Under the pieces are notes generated by a model that saw nothing but the letters and a program-made list of their open reading frames with translations, made no database searches and was not told the origin of the DNA. Source: Clostridia bacterium (lineage in GTDB: Bacteria; Bacillota; Clostridia; Oscillospirales; Acutalibacteraceae). Taken from it: a stretch of DNA of 64,000 bases. Position 1 is the first letter of the stretch, and each line of letters begins with the position of its first letter. Position numbers and translations under genes: made by a program. Location: positions 1,191 through 65,190 of the forward strand of contig JAFSAC010000048.1 of NCBI GenBank assembly GCA_017442265.1, written 5' to 3'. This document shows positions 36,179 through 45,833 of the stretch, one piece after another.

Positions 36179-37018
36179 ATGCGGGCTGACGGCAGAAAGC
36201 TGAAAAAGGTCGACCCTATGTACCGTGTGGTTCCTCATATTATGGTTCATCGTCACGATGCGATGAATATGATCACGTTGAATATTCCGCTGGATCCGAT
36301 CCAGAAGTATATCCGGCAGAAGGCCGCAGAGGGTGTACAGATCACCCATATGGCGGTGATTCTTGCCGCCTATCTGCATACTATAGCGGAATTTCCGGCG
36401 CTCAATCGGTTTATTATGAACCGGCAGGCGTATGCTCATAACGATATCACCGTCAGCATGGTGGTGTTAAAGTCCAATTCCATGGAAGAAGAAACCATGT
36501 CTAAGGTGTATCTGGACACTACCGATACGATCTTCACGGTGCAGGAGAAGGTGGGCGGCTACATTGATGAAAACCGCAAACACTCCACCGTGAACAGTAC
36601 CGATAAGATCATCGACGTATTGGTGCGTATCCCCGGTCTTTTGCGGGTGGGCGTGGCGATCCTGAAGGGAATGGATAAATGCGGTCTGCTTCCCAAAGCG
36701 ATCATTAAAGCGAGCCCCTTCCATGCGAGCTTGCTGATCACCAACCTTGCCAGCATCCGTACCAATCACATCTATCATCACGTGTATGATTTCGGCACCA
36801 CCAGCATCTCTATGGCGATGGGTAACCTGCGTGAGGTGCCGCGCCGCACCGCGACCGGCGAGATCGTATTTGACCGGTGCATCCCGATCGGTATGGTTAT
36901 GGACGAGCGGATCGCCTCCGGCAGTTATTTCTCCCGCGCTTTCCGTCGGTTTAAGCGGTATTTGAAAAATCCCGCCTTGCTGGAAACCCCGCCGGAAGTG
37001 GTTGTAAAGGACGAATAA
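36179..37018 (+). CDS. Stand-alone 2-oxoacid dehydrogenase acyltransferase (E2 catalytic / CAT-like) domain protein
   Basis: Similar in length and layout to an E2 catalytic domain, with no lipoyl or E3-binding domain. Where E2 enzymes carry DHRxxDG, this protein reads MDERIASGSYF. Start is the second ATG (36179), 6 nt after AGGAAG. Confidence 0.65.
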   Translation: MRADGRKLKKVDPMYRVVPHIMVHRHDAMNMITLNIPLDPIQKYIRQKAAEGVQITHMAVILAAYLHTIAEFPALNRFIMNRQAYAHNDITVSMVVLKSNSMEEETMSKVYLDTTDTIFTVQEKVGGYIDENRKHSTVNSTDKIIDVLVRIPGLLRVGVAILKGMDKCGLLPKAIIKASPFHASLLITNLASIRTNHIYHHVYDFGTTSISMAMGNLREVPRRTATGEIVFDRCIPIGMVMDERIASGSYFSRAFRRFKRYLKNPALLETPPEVVVKDE

Positions 37019-37023
37019 AAGGG

Positions 37024-37052
37024 AAAAGACACCCGCAAGGGTGTCTTTTTTT
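37024..37052. terminator. Bidirectional terminator
   Basis: aaaagacaccc-gcaa-gggtgtcttttttt. Confidence 0.85.
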
Positions 37053-37368
37053 ATGACGTATAGTCCTCCAAAAGCATCTCCAGTTCCCCGTCGGAGCGTA
37101 CGGTGATGCCGGTGCGTAGCCGCTGTTGTTCCTCCGGTGGGAGAGAGGTAATCGCCACGTCGTATAATTTCACCGGGAATTCGGCAGAGGATTCAAATAG
37201 CGCCAGCTTCCCTTCCCATACCCCGACCGTGTAGGTCTCCTGTTCGATAAGCTTTGGAGTGGTGGGCTCGAGATCGCCGTATTTCAGATGTAAAAAGGAT
37301 AAAATACCGGTGGCGAGCACGGCGGATACCGCCAGCGAGAGGATGACAAGGCGTACGGTTTGTCGCAT
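37051..37368 (-). CDS. Membrane-anchored protein with BofC C-terminal-like domain
   Basis: Start at the ATG at 37368 after AAAGGAGGGG. It has an N-terminal TM. YTVGVWEGKLALFE...LPPEEQQRLRTGITVRSDGELEMLLEDYTS resembles the BofC_C pattern as I recall it. Confidence 0.5.
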   Translation of the reverse strand: MRQTVRLVILSLAVSAVLATGILSFLHLKYGDLEPTTPKLIEQETYTVGVWEGKLALFESSAEFPVKLYDVAITSLPPEEQQRLRTGITVRSDGELEMLLEDYTS

Positions 37369-37489
37369 ACAGACCCCTCCTTTTGAGAGTAGTGTTCCCC
37401 GGGGAGGAGAATATATACCGACGGATAACATTGACTTTTTTGGGAAAATGCTATATTATAGTAAGGAGTAAAAAGGGAGGTGTTTCCGC

Positions 37490-39937
37490 ATGGCGAAAAA
37501 GAAGGATTGGCTTTGGGAAGCAGATCGAAAAATGCGGAAATTTTTCCGTCAGATATGGCAGAAAATTCAGAAAATTCCGACCCGACTCCGGGAGATCGGC
37601 CAGGTCATTGCGTATCTTGCCCGGCATCCGAAGGAGATCCGCCGTTTTCTGCCCAAAAAGGCGCAATGGAAACGGTTCGGGAAAAAGCTCGGCACCGCCG
37701 TGCTGTCCTTCATTTTGATTCTGATTATCACCGGCAGTATGGTTGCCTGTGCACTGGTGGTGTACGTGGTGACCAATTTTGACGGCACCACCGGTCTGCC
37801 GGATCTTGATAATCTGTCTATGGATGCGACCTCGATCATCTGGGTCCAGAACGAGAAGAACGGCGAATGGGTGGAATACCAGCACCTGGAAGGGGTCAAC
37901 TCGATCTGGGTGGATATGGAAGAGATCCCGCGGTATATGCAGCTTGCGTGTATCGCCATTGAGGACGAACGGTTTGAGGACCATTACGGCATTGACTGGA
38001 AGCGGACCATTGCCGCTTTTGCCAACTCCGTTTTGCATTATAATCAGGTCGAATTCGGCGGTTCCACCATTACCCAGCAGCTCATTAAGGTCACCACCGG
38101 TGAAAATGAGCACTCCTGGGAACGGAAGATCACCGAGATCCTCCGCGCGGTGGAAATGGAACGTCAGTACGATAAGGATCAGATTCTGGAAGCGTATCTC
38201 AACAACCTGCCGCTGAGCGATAACATCGTCGGTGTCGGCGCGGGTGCGAACTATTTCTTCGGAAAAGAGATTCAGGATCTGTCGCTGGCCGAATGTGCGA
38301 TGCTGGCCGGTATCACCAACAACCCCTCTCGCTATCATCCCTATAACCGCCCGCAGAACGCGCGTAACCGTCAGCGTATGGTGCTCAGCAAGATGAACGA
38401 GCTTGGGTTTATCACCGATGACGAATACGTGCAGGCGATGGGCGAGGAACTGCAGTTTAAGAGCAGTATGCGCCACACCAGCACCTGGGATTATTATATC
38501 GATCTGGTGATTGAGGACGTGGTCAACGACCTGAGTGAACAGTACGGCTACACCCGTCAGTATGCCACCCAGCTGGTGTTCTATGGGGGACTGAATATCT
38601 ATTCCGCTGAAATCCCGTCCCAGCAGGCGGCGGTGGAAGCGGTGTATGCCGATGAAAAGAACTTCCCGGCGGTCATTGAATCGGATACCGAAAATCCGGA
38701 AGGGTGTATCTTCATCACCGATTACACCGGCCGGGTGGTGGCGACCGTCGGCGGGCGCGGCGAAAAAGAGGGCAAACGCTCTTATAACCGCTCTACCCAG
38801 GCATACCGCTCTCCCGGTTCGGCGATTAAGCCGCTGAGCGCTTACGGGCCGGCGATCTCTATGGATATCGTGCATTGGTCCTCTTTTGTGCGGGATGCGC
38901 CGGTATTGACCCTGGCCGACGGGATGAAATGGCCGCATAACTATGAACAGAAGGTAGCCAAAGATAACGGCAACGTGTTCTTACACTACGGCTTGCAGGA
39001 ATCGCTCAACACGGTGGCGGCATCCTTGGTGAAATCCATCACCCCGAAGGAAAGCTTCGAATACGCCACCTCCATTTTCAAGCTCAGCAGTTTGGTGAAA
39101 TCCAAAACCGCAGAAAACGGACAGATTTTGACCGATATGGACTATGCTCCTATGGCGCTGGGCGCCTTGACCGACGGCGTGTACGCCCGGGATATGGCGG
39201 CGGCGTTTGCGGTGTATGGCAGTGGCGGAAAATATAACGAGCCGTACTCTTACTATGAAGTGTATCAGGACGGCACCCGGGAAACCGGTAAGCTGTTGCT
39301 CAACGACGGCCCCCAGAATATCCGGGTGCTGGACGAGGGCTCGGCGTACGTAATGAACCGGATGATGCAGCGGGTGGTGCAGTATGGTACCGCCGCTAAC
39401 CTCCGCAGTTCCTGGGAGGGCTGGGAGGTATACGGCAAGACCGGTACCGCCGAAAGCAAAAAGGACGTGTACTTCTGCGGCGGCACCCCGTATTACGTGG
39501 GCGCGAGCTGGTTCGGATACGATAACAACAAGACCCTGAACAGCCGTCAGACCGGATATGCCCGGAGTCTCTGGAATAAGTCGATGCTGGCTCTGCATAA
39601 GGATCTGCCGATCAAGACCTTTGATCTGCGCGGCAATACCGAGGAGCACGAGTTCTGTAAGGAAACCGGAGAACTGGCGACCGATAAGTGTCCGTCCACC
39701 GATATTGGTGTGTATAAGACCAGCAATATGCCGGGTGCCTGCTCGGTGCATAAGGGTAACCTGAAAACCACCGTGGACCCGAATCAGACCACGACTACCG
39801 GCGGTGACACCACCACGGCGGTTGGCACCGAAACCACCGTCGCGGAAACTACCGTTACCACCCTGCCGGATACGAACGTGACCGGCACCACCGACACAAC
39901 CGCCACCGGCAGCACGGTGACCACCACCGCCCCATAA
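37490..39937 (+). CDS. Class A penicillin-binding protein (PBP1A family: glycosyltransferase + transpeptidase)
   Basis: GT51 motifs EDERFEDHYGID, GGSTITQQL and RKITE. Transpeptidase motifs SPGSAIKP (SxxK) and KTGT. It ends in a Thr-rich C-terminal tail. Confidence 0.95.
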   Translation: MAKKKDWLWEADRKMRKFFRQIWQKIQKIPTRLREIGQVIAYLARHPKEIRRFLPKKAQWKRFGKKLGTAVLSFILILIITGSMVACALVVYVVTNFDGTTGLPDLDNLSMDATSIIWVQNEKNGEWVEYQHLEGVNSIWVDMEEIPRYMQLACIAIEDERFEDHYGIDWKRTIAAFANSVLHYNQVEFGGSTITQQLIKVTTGENEHSWERKITEILRAVEMERQYDKDQILEAYLNNLPLSDNIVGVGAGANYFFGKEIQDLSLAECAMLAGITNNPSRYHPYNRPQNARNRQRMVLSKMNELGFITDDEYVQAMGEELQFKSSMRHTSTWDYYIDLVIEDVVNDLSEQYGYTRQYATQLVFYGGLNIYSAEIPSQQAAVEAVYADEKNFPAVIESDTENPEGCIFITDYTGRVVATVGGRGEKEGKRSYNRSTQAYRSPGSAIKPLSAYGPAISMDIVHWSSFVRDAPVLTLADGMKWPHNYEQKVAKDNGNVFLHYGLQESLNTVAASLVKSITPKESFEYATSIFKLSSLVKSKTAENGQILTDMDYAPMALGALTDGVYARDMAAAFAVYGSGGKYNEPYSYYEVYQDGTRETGKLLLNDGPQNIRVLDEGSAYVMNRMMQRVVQYGTAANLRSSWEGWEVYGKTGTAESKKDVYFCGGTPYYVGASWFGYDNNKTLNSRQTGYARSLWNKSMLALHKDLPIKTFDLRGNTEEHEFCKETGELATDKCPSTDIGVYKTSNMPGACSVHKGNLKTTVDPNQTTTTGGDTTTAVGTETTVAETTVTTLPDTNVTGTTDTTATGSTVTTTAP

Positions 39938-39945
39938 GGTTAATC

Positions 39946-39975
39946 AAAAACCACCCTCGTTGAGGGTGGTTTTTC
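39946..39975 (+). terminator. Rho-independent terminator
   Basis: aaaaaccaccctc-gttg-agggtggttttt. Confidence 0.85.
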
Positions 39976-39987
39976 TTTGCTCACTAT

Positions 39988-40027
39988 AAAAAAGCACGCG
40001 ACCGAATTTCGGTCGCGTGCGCTTTTT
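39988..40027. terminator. Bidirectional terminator (serves ftsZ)
   Basis: aaaaaa-gcacgcgaccg-aattt-cggtcgcgtgc-gcttttt. Confidence 0.85.
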
Positions 40028-40035
40028 ATTTAGGA

Positions 40036-41142
40036 TCAGTTTTCCTCGTTCGCAATATTGCGGCGCTCGAACAGACGGGAGATGTCGCCCAGCGGGTCGT
40101 CATCATCTTCATCCGGCTGCAGGGTCTGCCACATCGGCGCGGCGCTGTCAGCGGAGGGAGCGATCACCCCGTGTCCGCCGCCCTTGTAGTCGTCGGTCAG
40201 ACCGGTGGCGATAACGGTGACACTCACCGCATCCTCCATAGCATCATCCAGCACGTAACCCCACATAATGGTGGCATCCGGATGTACCACACTGCTCACT
40301 GCAGAGGTCGCTTTGTCCATTTCGTCGAAATCGAAATCCTCCGGCGCGGAGATGTTGATCAGCACGCCGCGGGCACCGTCGATCGAGGTTTCCAGCAGGG
40401 GGCTGGCGATCGCGGCACGGGTCGCCTGCTCGGCACGGTCGGAACCGGTCGCCTTACCGACACCCATGTGAGCGTAGCCGGCATCCTTCATAATGGTCAG
40501 TACGTCGGCGAAGTCAAGGTTGATATCGCCGGGCATCTTGATCAGATCGGAGATGCTCTGCACACCCTGGCGCAGAACGTCGTCCGCCATTTCAAACGCA
40601 TTACGCATGGTGATCTTGGTTTCGCTCACCTCGCGGATACGGTCGTTGGGGATCACCACCAAGCTGTCCACGTGCTCTTTGAGCGCGTTGATACCGTCCA
40701 GCGCCTGCTCCATACGGCGGTTGCCTTCGAAGCTAAAGGGTTTGGTTACGATACCGACGGTGAGAATACCGAGATCGCGGGCGATCTCCGCCACCACCGG
40801 GGCAGCACCGGTACCGGTTCCGCCGCCCATACCGGCGGTAATGAACACCATATCGGTACCCTGCAGCGCTGCGGCGATCTCCTCGCGGCTCTCCTCGGCG
40901 GCGCGTTCACCGCGCTCGGGATTTCCGCCGGCGCCGCGGCCGCGGGTCAGCTTTTCACCGATCTGGATTTTCTGTTCAGCTAAAGAGAGGTTCAAAACGG
41001 CGGCATCGGTGTTGATAGCGACAAACTCCACACCGCGAACGTCCGCACGGATCATACGGTTCACAGCGTTTCCGCCGCCACCGCCCACGCCGATGACTTT
41101 AATGACAATGCCGTCAACGTTTTCGTTTTCAATCTGCATCAT
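40036..41142 (-). CDS. ftsZ: Cell division protein FtsZ
   Basis: [17 protein letters not shown] and [16 protein letters not shown] tubulin signature. Start at the ATG at 41142, after GGGAGGA. Confidence 0.97.
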   Translation of the reverse strand: MMQIENENVDGIVIKVIGVGGGGGNAVNRMIRADVRGVEFVAINTDAAVLNLSLAEQKIQIGEKLTRGRGAGGNPERGERAAEESREEIAAALQGTDMVFITAGMGGGTGTGAAPVVAEIARDLGILTVGIVTKPFSFEGNRRMEQALDGINALKEHVDSLVVIPNDRIREVSETKITMRNAFEMADDVLRQGVQSISDLIKMPGDINLDFADVLTIMKDAGYAHMGVGKATGSDRAEQATRAAIASPLLETSIDGARGVLINISAPEDFDFDEMDKATSAVSSVVHPDATIMWGYVLDDAMEDAVSVTVIATGLTDDYKGGGHGVIAPSADSAAPMWQTLQPDEDDDDPLGDISRLFERRNIANEEN

Positions 41143-41258
41143 AATTGAACATCCTCCCGTTTCCATTCCTGTTTCTATGATAAAAGAAGATCATATTCTA
41201 TAATTTCTTTTATATAGATTAATAGTAACATGGCGACGGAAAAAATTCAATAACTTTT

Positions 41259-42104
41259 TCAAAAAATTACGCGGTTTTGCAAAACATCTTCGGGGGTGTA
41301 AATGATTTTATCGTTGCTGTCGGTTGAATCGCTGTAAGAGGAGAGGTCCAGCTTCCCCGAAACGCTGTTTCCGTTTTGCTCCAGAATGTGGGGCAGGGTT
41401 TGTACCAACAGGTGGATTTCCGCTTCTAAATTGCTTTCGTTGCCGAGCAGAACGGTCAACTGGTTTTTCCAGTTGATAGCAATGTCGTTCGTATCCCGCA
41501 TATCGATACCGAGCAGACCGTCTAACCCGTATTCAGAAGCGGCGTTTAGCACCGTGTTGGCAATATTCAGACTGCGCTCATCCATAGCAACCGCCCCCGG
41601 GACCGATTCTCCGGCGGGAACCGCCCCTTGCAGATAGAAATACCGACCGGGACGGTCACTTTCCATCGGCATAGTTTCGAGAATTTTTCCGTTTTGTCCC
41701 ACGATCAGCCATTGTCCGTTCCCATACATCGCCCCGAGAAGCTCGGTTTCGGTAATGATGATTTCAATGGTGTTGAAGGAGGGGCTTTTCACCTGAGCGG
41801 TGTGAACGTAGGGGAAGGTCGCTTCGATCTTTTTCTTGGCGGCGGCCTTGTTGATCGAAAAGACGTTCTGCCCGACCGACAGACCGCTTTCCCCGATGAT
41901 CGCTTCGTCTTGGTAATGATTATTGCCGGTGACGGTGATTTCTTTTAAAGAGAAAACGCCGTTAGGGTCGGCGGCAGGGACGGTTTGCCGGCGCAGATAG
42001 GTGATGAGTCCCGCCGAAGCGAGGGCAAGCACCAATATGACGCAAAACAACACGGTGATGATCCGCATCCGATTGCGTTTTTTCTTTGGTTTTGCCTTCG
42101 CCAT
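41259..42104 (-). CDS. ftsQ: Cell division protein FtsQ/DivIB (POTRA)
   Basis: Lys-rich N-terminus, one TM, POTRA-like sequence (LKEITVTGNNHYQDEAIIGESGL). Alternative GTG start at 42128 overlapping the murA stop. Confidence 0.78.
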   Translation of the reverse strand: MAKAKPKKKRNRMRIITVLFCVILVLALASAGLITYLRRQTVPAADPNGVFSLKEITVTGNNHYQDEAIIGESGLSVGQNVFSINKAAAKKKIEATFPYVHTAQVKSPSFNTIEIIITETELLGAMYGNGQWLIVGQNGKILETMPMESDRPGRYFYLQGAVPAGESVPGAVAMDERSLNIANTVLNAASEYGLDGLLGIDMRDTNDIAINWKNQLTVLLGNESNLEAEIHLLVQTLPHILEQNGNSVSGKLDLSSYSDSTDSNDKIIYTPEDVLQNRVIF

Positions 42105-42124
42105 AATCAAAACGTCCTTTCTGA

Positions 42125-43387
42125 TCACTGCTCCAGACGGATGTGAGCGCCTACCCGGGCGAGGGTATCTGAGAGCGCTTCGTATCCGCGGAAAATATGC
42201 TGAATTTCGGTAATTTCACTTTCTCCTTCGGCGGCCAGTGCCGCAATCACCAGCGCCGCGCCTCCGCGCAGGTCGGTGCATTTCACCGCGGCACCCGAGA
42301 GGGAGGGAACCCCCTCCACCACCGCCATACGCCCTTCGGCTTTGATATGAGCGCCGAAGCGGGTGAGCTCTCCGACGTACCCGTATCGGTTGTCGAAAAT
42401 GGTTTCGATAAACACACTGGTTCCGCTCGCAATACACGCCGCCGCTAAAAACGGAGCGGCCGCATCGGTGGGAAATCCGGGGTAGGGGGTGGTATGCACC
42501 AATCGCATCCGCCGGATGCGGGCGGGGGCATCGATCAGCAGTTCTCCGTCCAGCACCCGGATATGACAGCCGGCTTCTTCCAACAGGGAAACTGCCGGCG
42601 CCAGATGCGGCGGGTCGATATTTTTGAGCAATAAGGTTCCGCCGGTCACCGCCGCCGCGGTCATATAGGTGGCGGCTTCGATCCGGTCGGGGAGAATGCG
42701 GTGGGAGGTGCCGTGCAGATGAGGCACGCCCTCAATTTCGAGCACCCCTTCGCCCGCCCGGACAATGTTGGCACCGCAGGCGTTGAGATAGTGGCACAGA
42801 TCCTGAATTTCCGGTTCTCTGGCCGCGTTGCGGATCACCGTTTTCCCTTTGGCGGTTACCGCGGCAAGCAGGATGTTTTCGGTCGCCCCGACACTGGGAA
42901 AGGAGAGGGAAATATCGCTTCCGTGCAGTTCTTTTTCTATGTAACAGTCCAGATGACCGTGTTTTTCGTCAATATGTACCCCCATTTTCCGTAAAGCGGA
43001 TAAATGCAGGTCAATGGGACGTGGGCCGAGCTCACAGCCGCCGGGATAGGAGAGATGTGCCTCCCCGTATCGGGCGATCAGTGCGCCTAAAAAGATAATA
43101 GAGGAGCGCATCTCCCGCATGAGATGATCGGGAATATCGGTACGGCAGGTGCCTCCCGGATGTACCGCGATCATGGGATATTCGGCAGTCACGTCACAGC
43201 CGAGATGCTGTAAGATGCGTACTGAGGCATCCACGTCGGACAAGCGTGGGCAGTTGTCGATCTCGCTGACCCCGTCCACCAAAAGGGTAGCCGCCAGGAT
43301 TGGCAGTACACTGTTTTTGGCGCCGTGGATCGAAATGGAACCGTGAAGGCGGTGGCCGCCTTCTATGATCAGCTTTTCCATATCCAC
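42125..43387 (-). CDS. murA: UDP-N-acetylglucosamine 1-carboxyvinyltransferase
   Basis: GGHRLHGSISIHGAKNSVLPILAA ... PGGCELGPRPIDLH (catalytic Cys loop). Confidence 0.95.
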   Translation of the reverse strand: MDMEKLIIEGGHRLHGSISIHGAKNSVLPILAATLLVDGVSEIDNCPRLSDVDASVRILQHLGCDVTAEYPMIAVHPGGTCRTDIPDHLMREMRSSIIFLGALIARYGEAHLSYPGGCELGPRPIDLHLSALRKMGVHIDEKHGHLDCYIEKELHGSDISLSFPSVGATENILLAAVTAKGKTVIRNAAREPEIQDLCHYLNACGANIVRAGEGVLEIEGVPHLHGTSHRILPDRIEAATYMTAAAVTGGTLLLKNIDPPHLAPAVSLLEEAGCHIRVLDGELLIDAPARIRRMRLVHTTPYPGFPTDAAAPFLAAACIASGTSVFIETIFDNRYGYVGELTRFGAHIKAEGRMAVVEGVPSLSGAAVKCTDLRGGAALVIAALAAEGESEITEIQHIFRGYEALSDTLARVGAHIRLEQ

Positions 43388-43453
43388 CGTTCCCTCCTGA
43401 AATGACGTTACAAGCCATTGTATGCGAGGAGGGGAGGGGTGGTGAAAAAGCGA

Positions 43454-44584
43454 TCAGAGTTTCAAGGTGTCCCGGACGACCGCTAAAATTCGTTCATCTG
43501 CATCCCGGATCGCGAGTTTTTCGGCATTTTCCGCCATTTGCGCCAGTTTATCGGGATGCTCGGTGACCGACAGGATCGCCTCCCATAACGAATCGGCGGT
43601 CAGATCCTTTTCTTCGATACAGAGCGCCGCTCCGTGGCGCACCAAGGTCATCGCGTTATGATACTGGTGATTTTCCGCCACGTAGGGGGAGGGGATGAGG
43701 ATCGCCGGTTTGCCGGCGGCGGGAATTTCGCTTAAGGTCATCGCACCGCACCGGCTGATGATCAGATCGGCCGCCGCCATACAGCGGGGCATATCGTCAA
43801 TATATTCCCGAACCGAGATGCCGTTTTCGTTGAGCGGTATCTCTTTTTGTTTCAGGGTGGCTACCGCTTGCTTAAAGCCGGCTTTGCCCACCCCGTGGAT
43901 ATGCTGTAATTTGCCGATCTTTCGGGAGCGTTCTAATACCCCGATCATCGCCTCGTTGATGCGGGCGGCTCCGAGACTGCCGCCAAACGACAGAATGAGC
44001 GGGCGGTCATCCACCCCTAAAGCGGCGCGGGCCGCTCTTTTTTTCTCCGGGGTGGGGGTATGTAAAAATTCCGGGCGCAGGGGATTGCCGGTGACGATAG
44101 AGTGAACCCCTTCCGGCAGATGCTTTTGGGCATCTTCACTGCATAATAGGACGGTTGCCCCTTCCCGGGCGAGGGTTTTCACCGTAATTCCGGGGAGAGC
44201 ATTGGCCTCGTGCACCAGTACCGGGATGTCCATTTTGAGCGCTTTACGCAGGATCGGACCGCAGACGTAACCGCCGGTTCCGATCGCGATATCCGGCTGA
44301 AATTCCCGTAAGATTCCGGCAGAAACGTGGCTGGCGGTGAGCATGTGCACCACCGTGCCGACGTTGCGAACGAGGTTGCGCGGGGTGATCTTGCGGTAAA
44401 AGCCCTGCACCTTCATGGTTTTGATCGGGAAGCCGGCGGCCGGAACTAAACGGGTCTCCATTTTGCCGTCTGCCCCCACGAACAGAAATTCCGTGTCCGG
44501 GTATGCTTTTTGAATGCTTTTGGCAATGGCAAGAGCGGGATTGATATGGCCGGCGGTACCGCCGCCTGTCATCAGAACGCGCAT
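43454..44584 (-). CDS. murG: Undecaprenyldiphospho-muramoylpentapeptide beta-N-acetylglucosaminyltransferase
   Basis: MRVLMTGGGTAGHINPALAIA. Start at 44584 after GAGGTG. Confidence 0.95.
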   Translation of the reverse strand: MRVLMTGGGTAGHINPALAIAKSIQKAYPDTEFLFVGADGKMETRLVPAAGFPIKTMKVQGFYRKITPRNLVRNVGTVVHMLTASHVSAGILREFQPDIAIGTGGYVCGPILRKALKMDIPVLVHEANALPGITVKTLAREGATVLLCSEDAQKHLPEGVHSIVTGNPLRPEFLHTPTPEKKRAARAALGVDDRPLILSFGGSLGAARINEAMIGVLERSRKIGKLQHIHGVGKAGFKQAVATLKQKEIPLNENGISVREYIDDMPRCMAAADLIISRCGAMTLSEIPAAGKPAILIPSPYVAENHQYHNAMTLVRHGAALCIEEKDLTADSLWEAILSVTEHPDKLAQMAENAEKLAIRDADERILAVVRDTLKL

Positions 44585-44601
44585 AGGACACCTCAAATTC
44601 G

Positions 44602-45786
44602 TTAGTTTTTCTTTAAATTCGCTTGTCGGGAGATAGAAAGAACGATACCCATTTGAGCCAGCAGCATAACCAGTGACGTGCCGCCGTAGCTAAAGAAGGG
44701 TAAGCTGATACCGGTGTTGGGCATCGAGTTGGTTACCACCGCGATATTCAGGATCACCTGAATACCGATCTGGGCGGTAAGTCCTAATGCGAAAATCGAT
44801 CCGAACTTGTCGGACGCGTTCATCGCAATGACAAAGCCACGCCAGATGAGCAACGCAAACAACAGCAGGATGAACAGCGCACCGATAAAGCCGATCTCCT
44901 CACACACCACCGCAAAGATGAAGTCGTTTTGCGGTTCGGGGAGGAAGAGGTGCTTCTGCCGGGAGTTGCCGAGTCCCTGCCCGAGCAGACCGCCCGAGCC
45001 AATGGTGTATAGCGACTGCACCGTCTGCCACGCTTGACTGCGCCCGGTGTAATCGCGGTTGTATACCTCGAGAGGATTTAGCCACACGTCGATACGTTCC
45101 TGCTCGTACCCGAGCACGAAAATGGCGACAAACACCACCAAAACGCCGAGGGCTACCAGTCCCAGCAGATACCGTACCCGACAGCCGCCCACAAACATCA
45201 GCACCAGCCCCAACAAGCAGAGCAGCATGGTACCGGACAGGTGCGGCTCTAAAAAGACCAGACCGCAGGTAACGCCGAGGATGAGCAACAGCGGTAAAAA
45301 CCCGCCGGTAAAGGTTTGTATCCGTTTGTAGTTGAGTGAAATAAGGTGAGCGAAAAGTAAAACTAAGGCAAATTTAGCCACCTCGGAGGGCTGGAACTGC
45401 CCGATACCGGGGATGCGGATCCAGCGGTGAATGCCCGATTCTGCCGGCAGTAATAATACCACCCCGAGTAGGATAATAGAGCCGACCCACACCAGCCAGG
45501 CGAATCGATGCCAGTGGTGGTAATCCACAAAGGAGGCGGCGAACATGGCGGCGATCCCGATAGCGGCAAACAGCAGTTGTTTTTTGATGAAATAAAAGCT
45601 GTCGCCGTCGTTCCAGTAGAAGGAATAGACGTATCCCGCCGAATATAAGCTGATCAGTCCGATCACCAAAATAGCCAGCAGAATCAGCAGGAAAGGAATA
45701 TCAAAGCCGGCCGCGGTATACAGCAGCTTACGGCGTCTTTTCCGAATGTTGGCGGACGGATCCGCCGGCATAGACAGTACGGACAA
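44602..45786 (-). CDS. ftsW: FtsW/RodA/SpoVE (SEDS) family protein
   Basis: 10-TM SEDS profile with LPEPQNDFIFAVVCEEIGFIG and SLPFFSYGGTS. Start uncertain: either the TTG at 45786 (6 nt after AAGGAGAGG) or the ATG at 45771. The longer ORF overlaps mraY. Confidence 0.85.
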   Translation of the reverse strand: MSVLSMPADPSANIRKRRRKLLYTAAGFDIPFLLILLAILVIGLISLYSAGYVYSFYWNDGDSFYFIKKQLLFAAIGIAAMFAASFVDYHHWHRFAWLVWVGSIILLGVVLLLPAESGIHRWIRIPGIGQFQPSEVAKFALVLLFAHLISLNYKRIQTFTGGFLPLLLILGVTCGLVFLEPHLSGTMLLCLLGLVLMFVGGCRVRYLLGLVALGVLVVFVAIFVLGYEQERIDVWLNPLEVYNRDYTGRSQAWQTVQSLYTIGSGGLLGQGLGNSRQKHLFLPEPQNDFIFAVVCEEIGFIGALFILLLFALLIWRGFVIAMNASDKFGSIFALGLTAQIGIQVILNIAVVTNSMPNTGISLPFFSYGGTSLVMLLAQMGIVLSISRQANLKKN

Positions 45787-45833
45787 AGGTATCCTCTCCT
45801 TTTCAAAAATAAGTATAAGACGAAATGGTCGGT

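Noticed and set aside
37451-38938. Other long antisense shadow ORFs, for example 37451-38938, 15981-17120, 10120-10950, 12704-13864, 40171-40983, 49274-50008, 58806-59846 and 63219-63995.
   Set aside because: Those I checked (37451-38938, 15981-17120, 63219-63995) are in the codon-aligned antisense frame of confidently identified housekeeping genes (PBP1A, glyQS, rpoB). That pattern suggests general avoidance of TTA, CTA and TCA codons in this genome. The others overlap prs, glnN, ftsZ, PBP2B and serC in the same way. None has an RBS or recognisable motifs.
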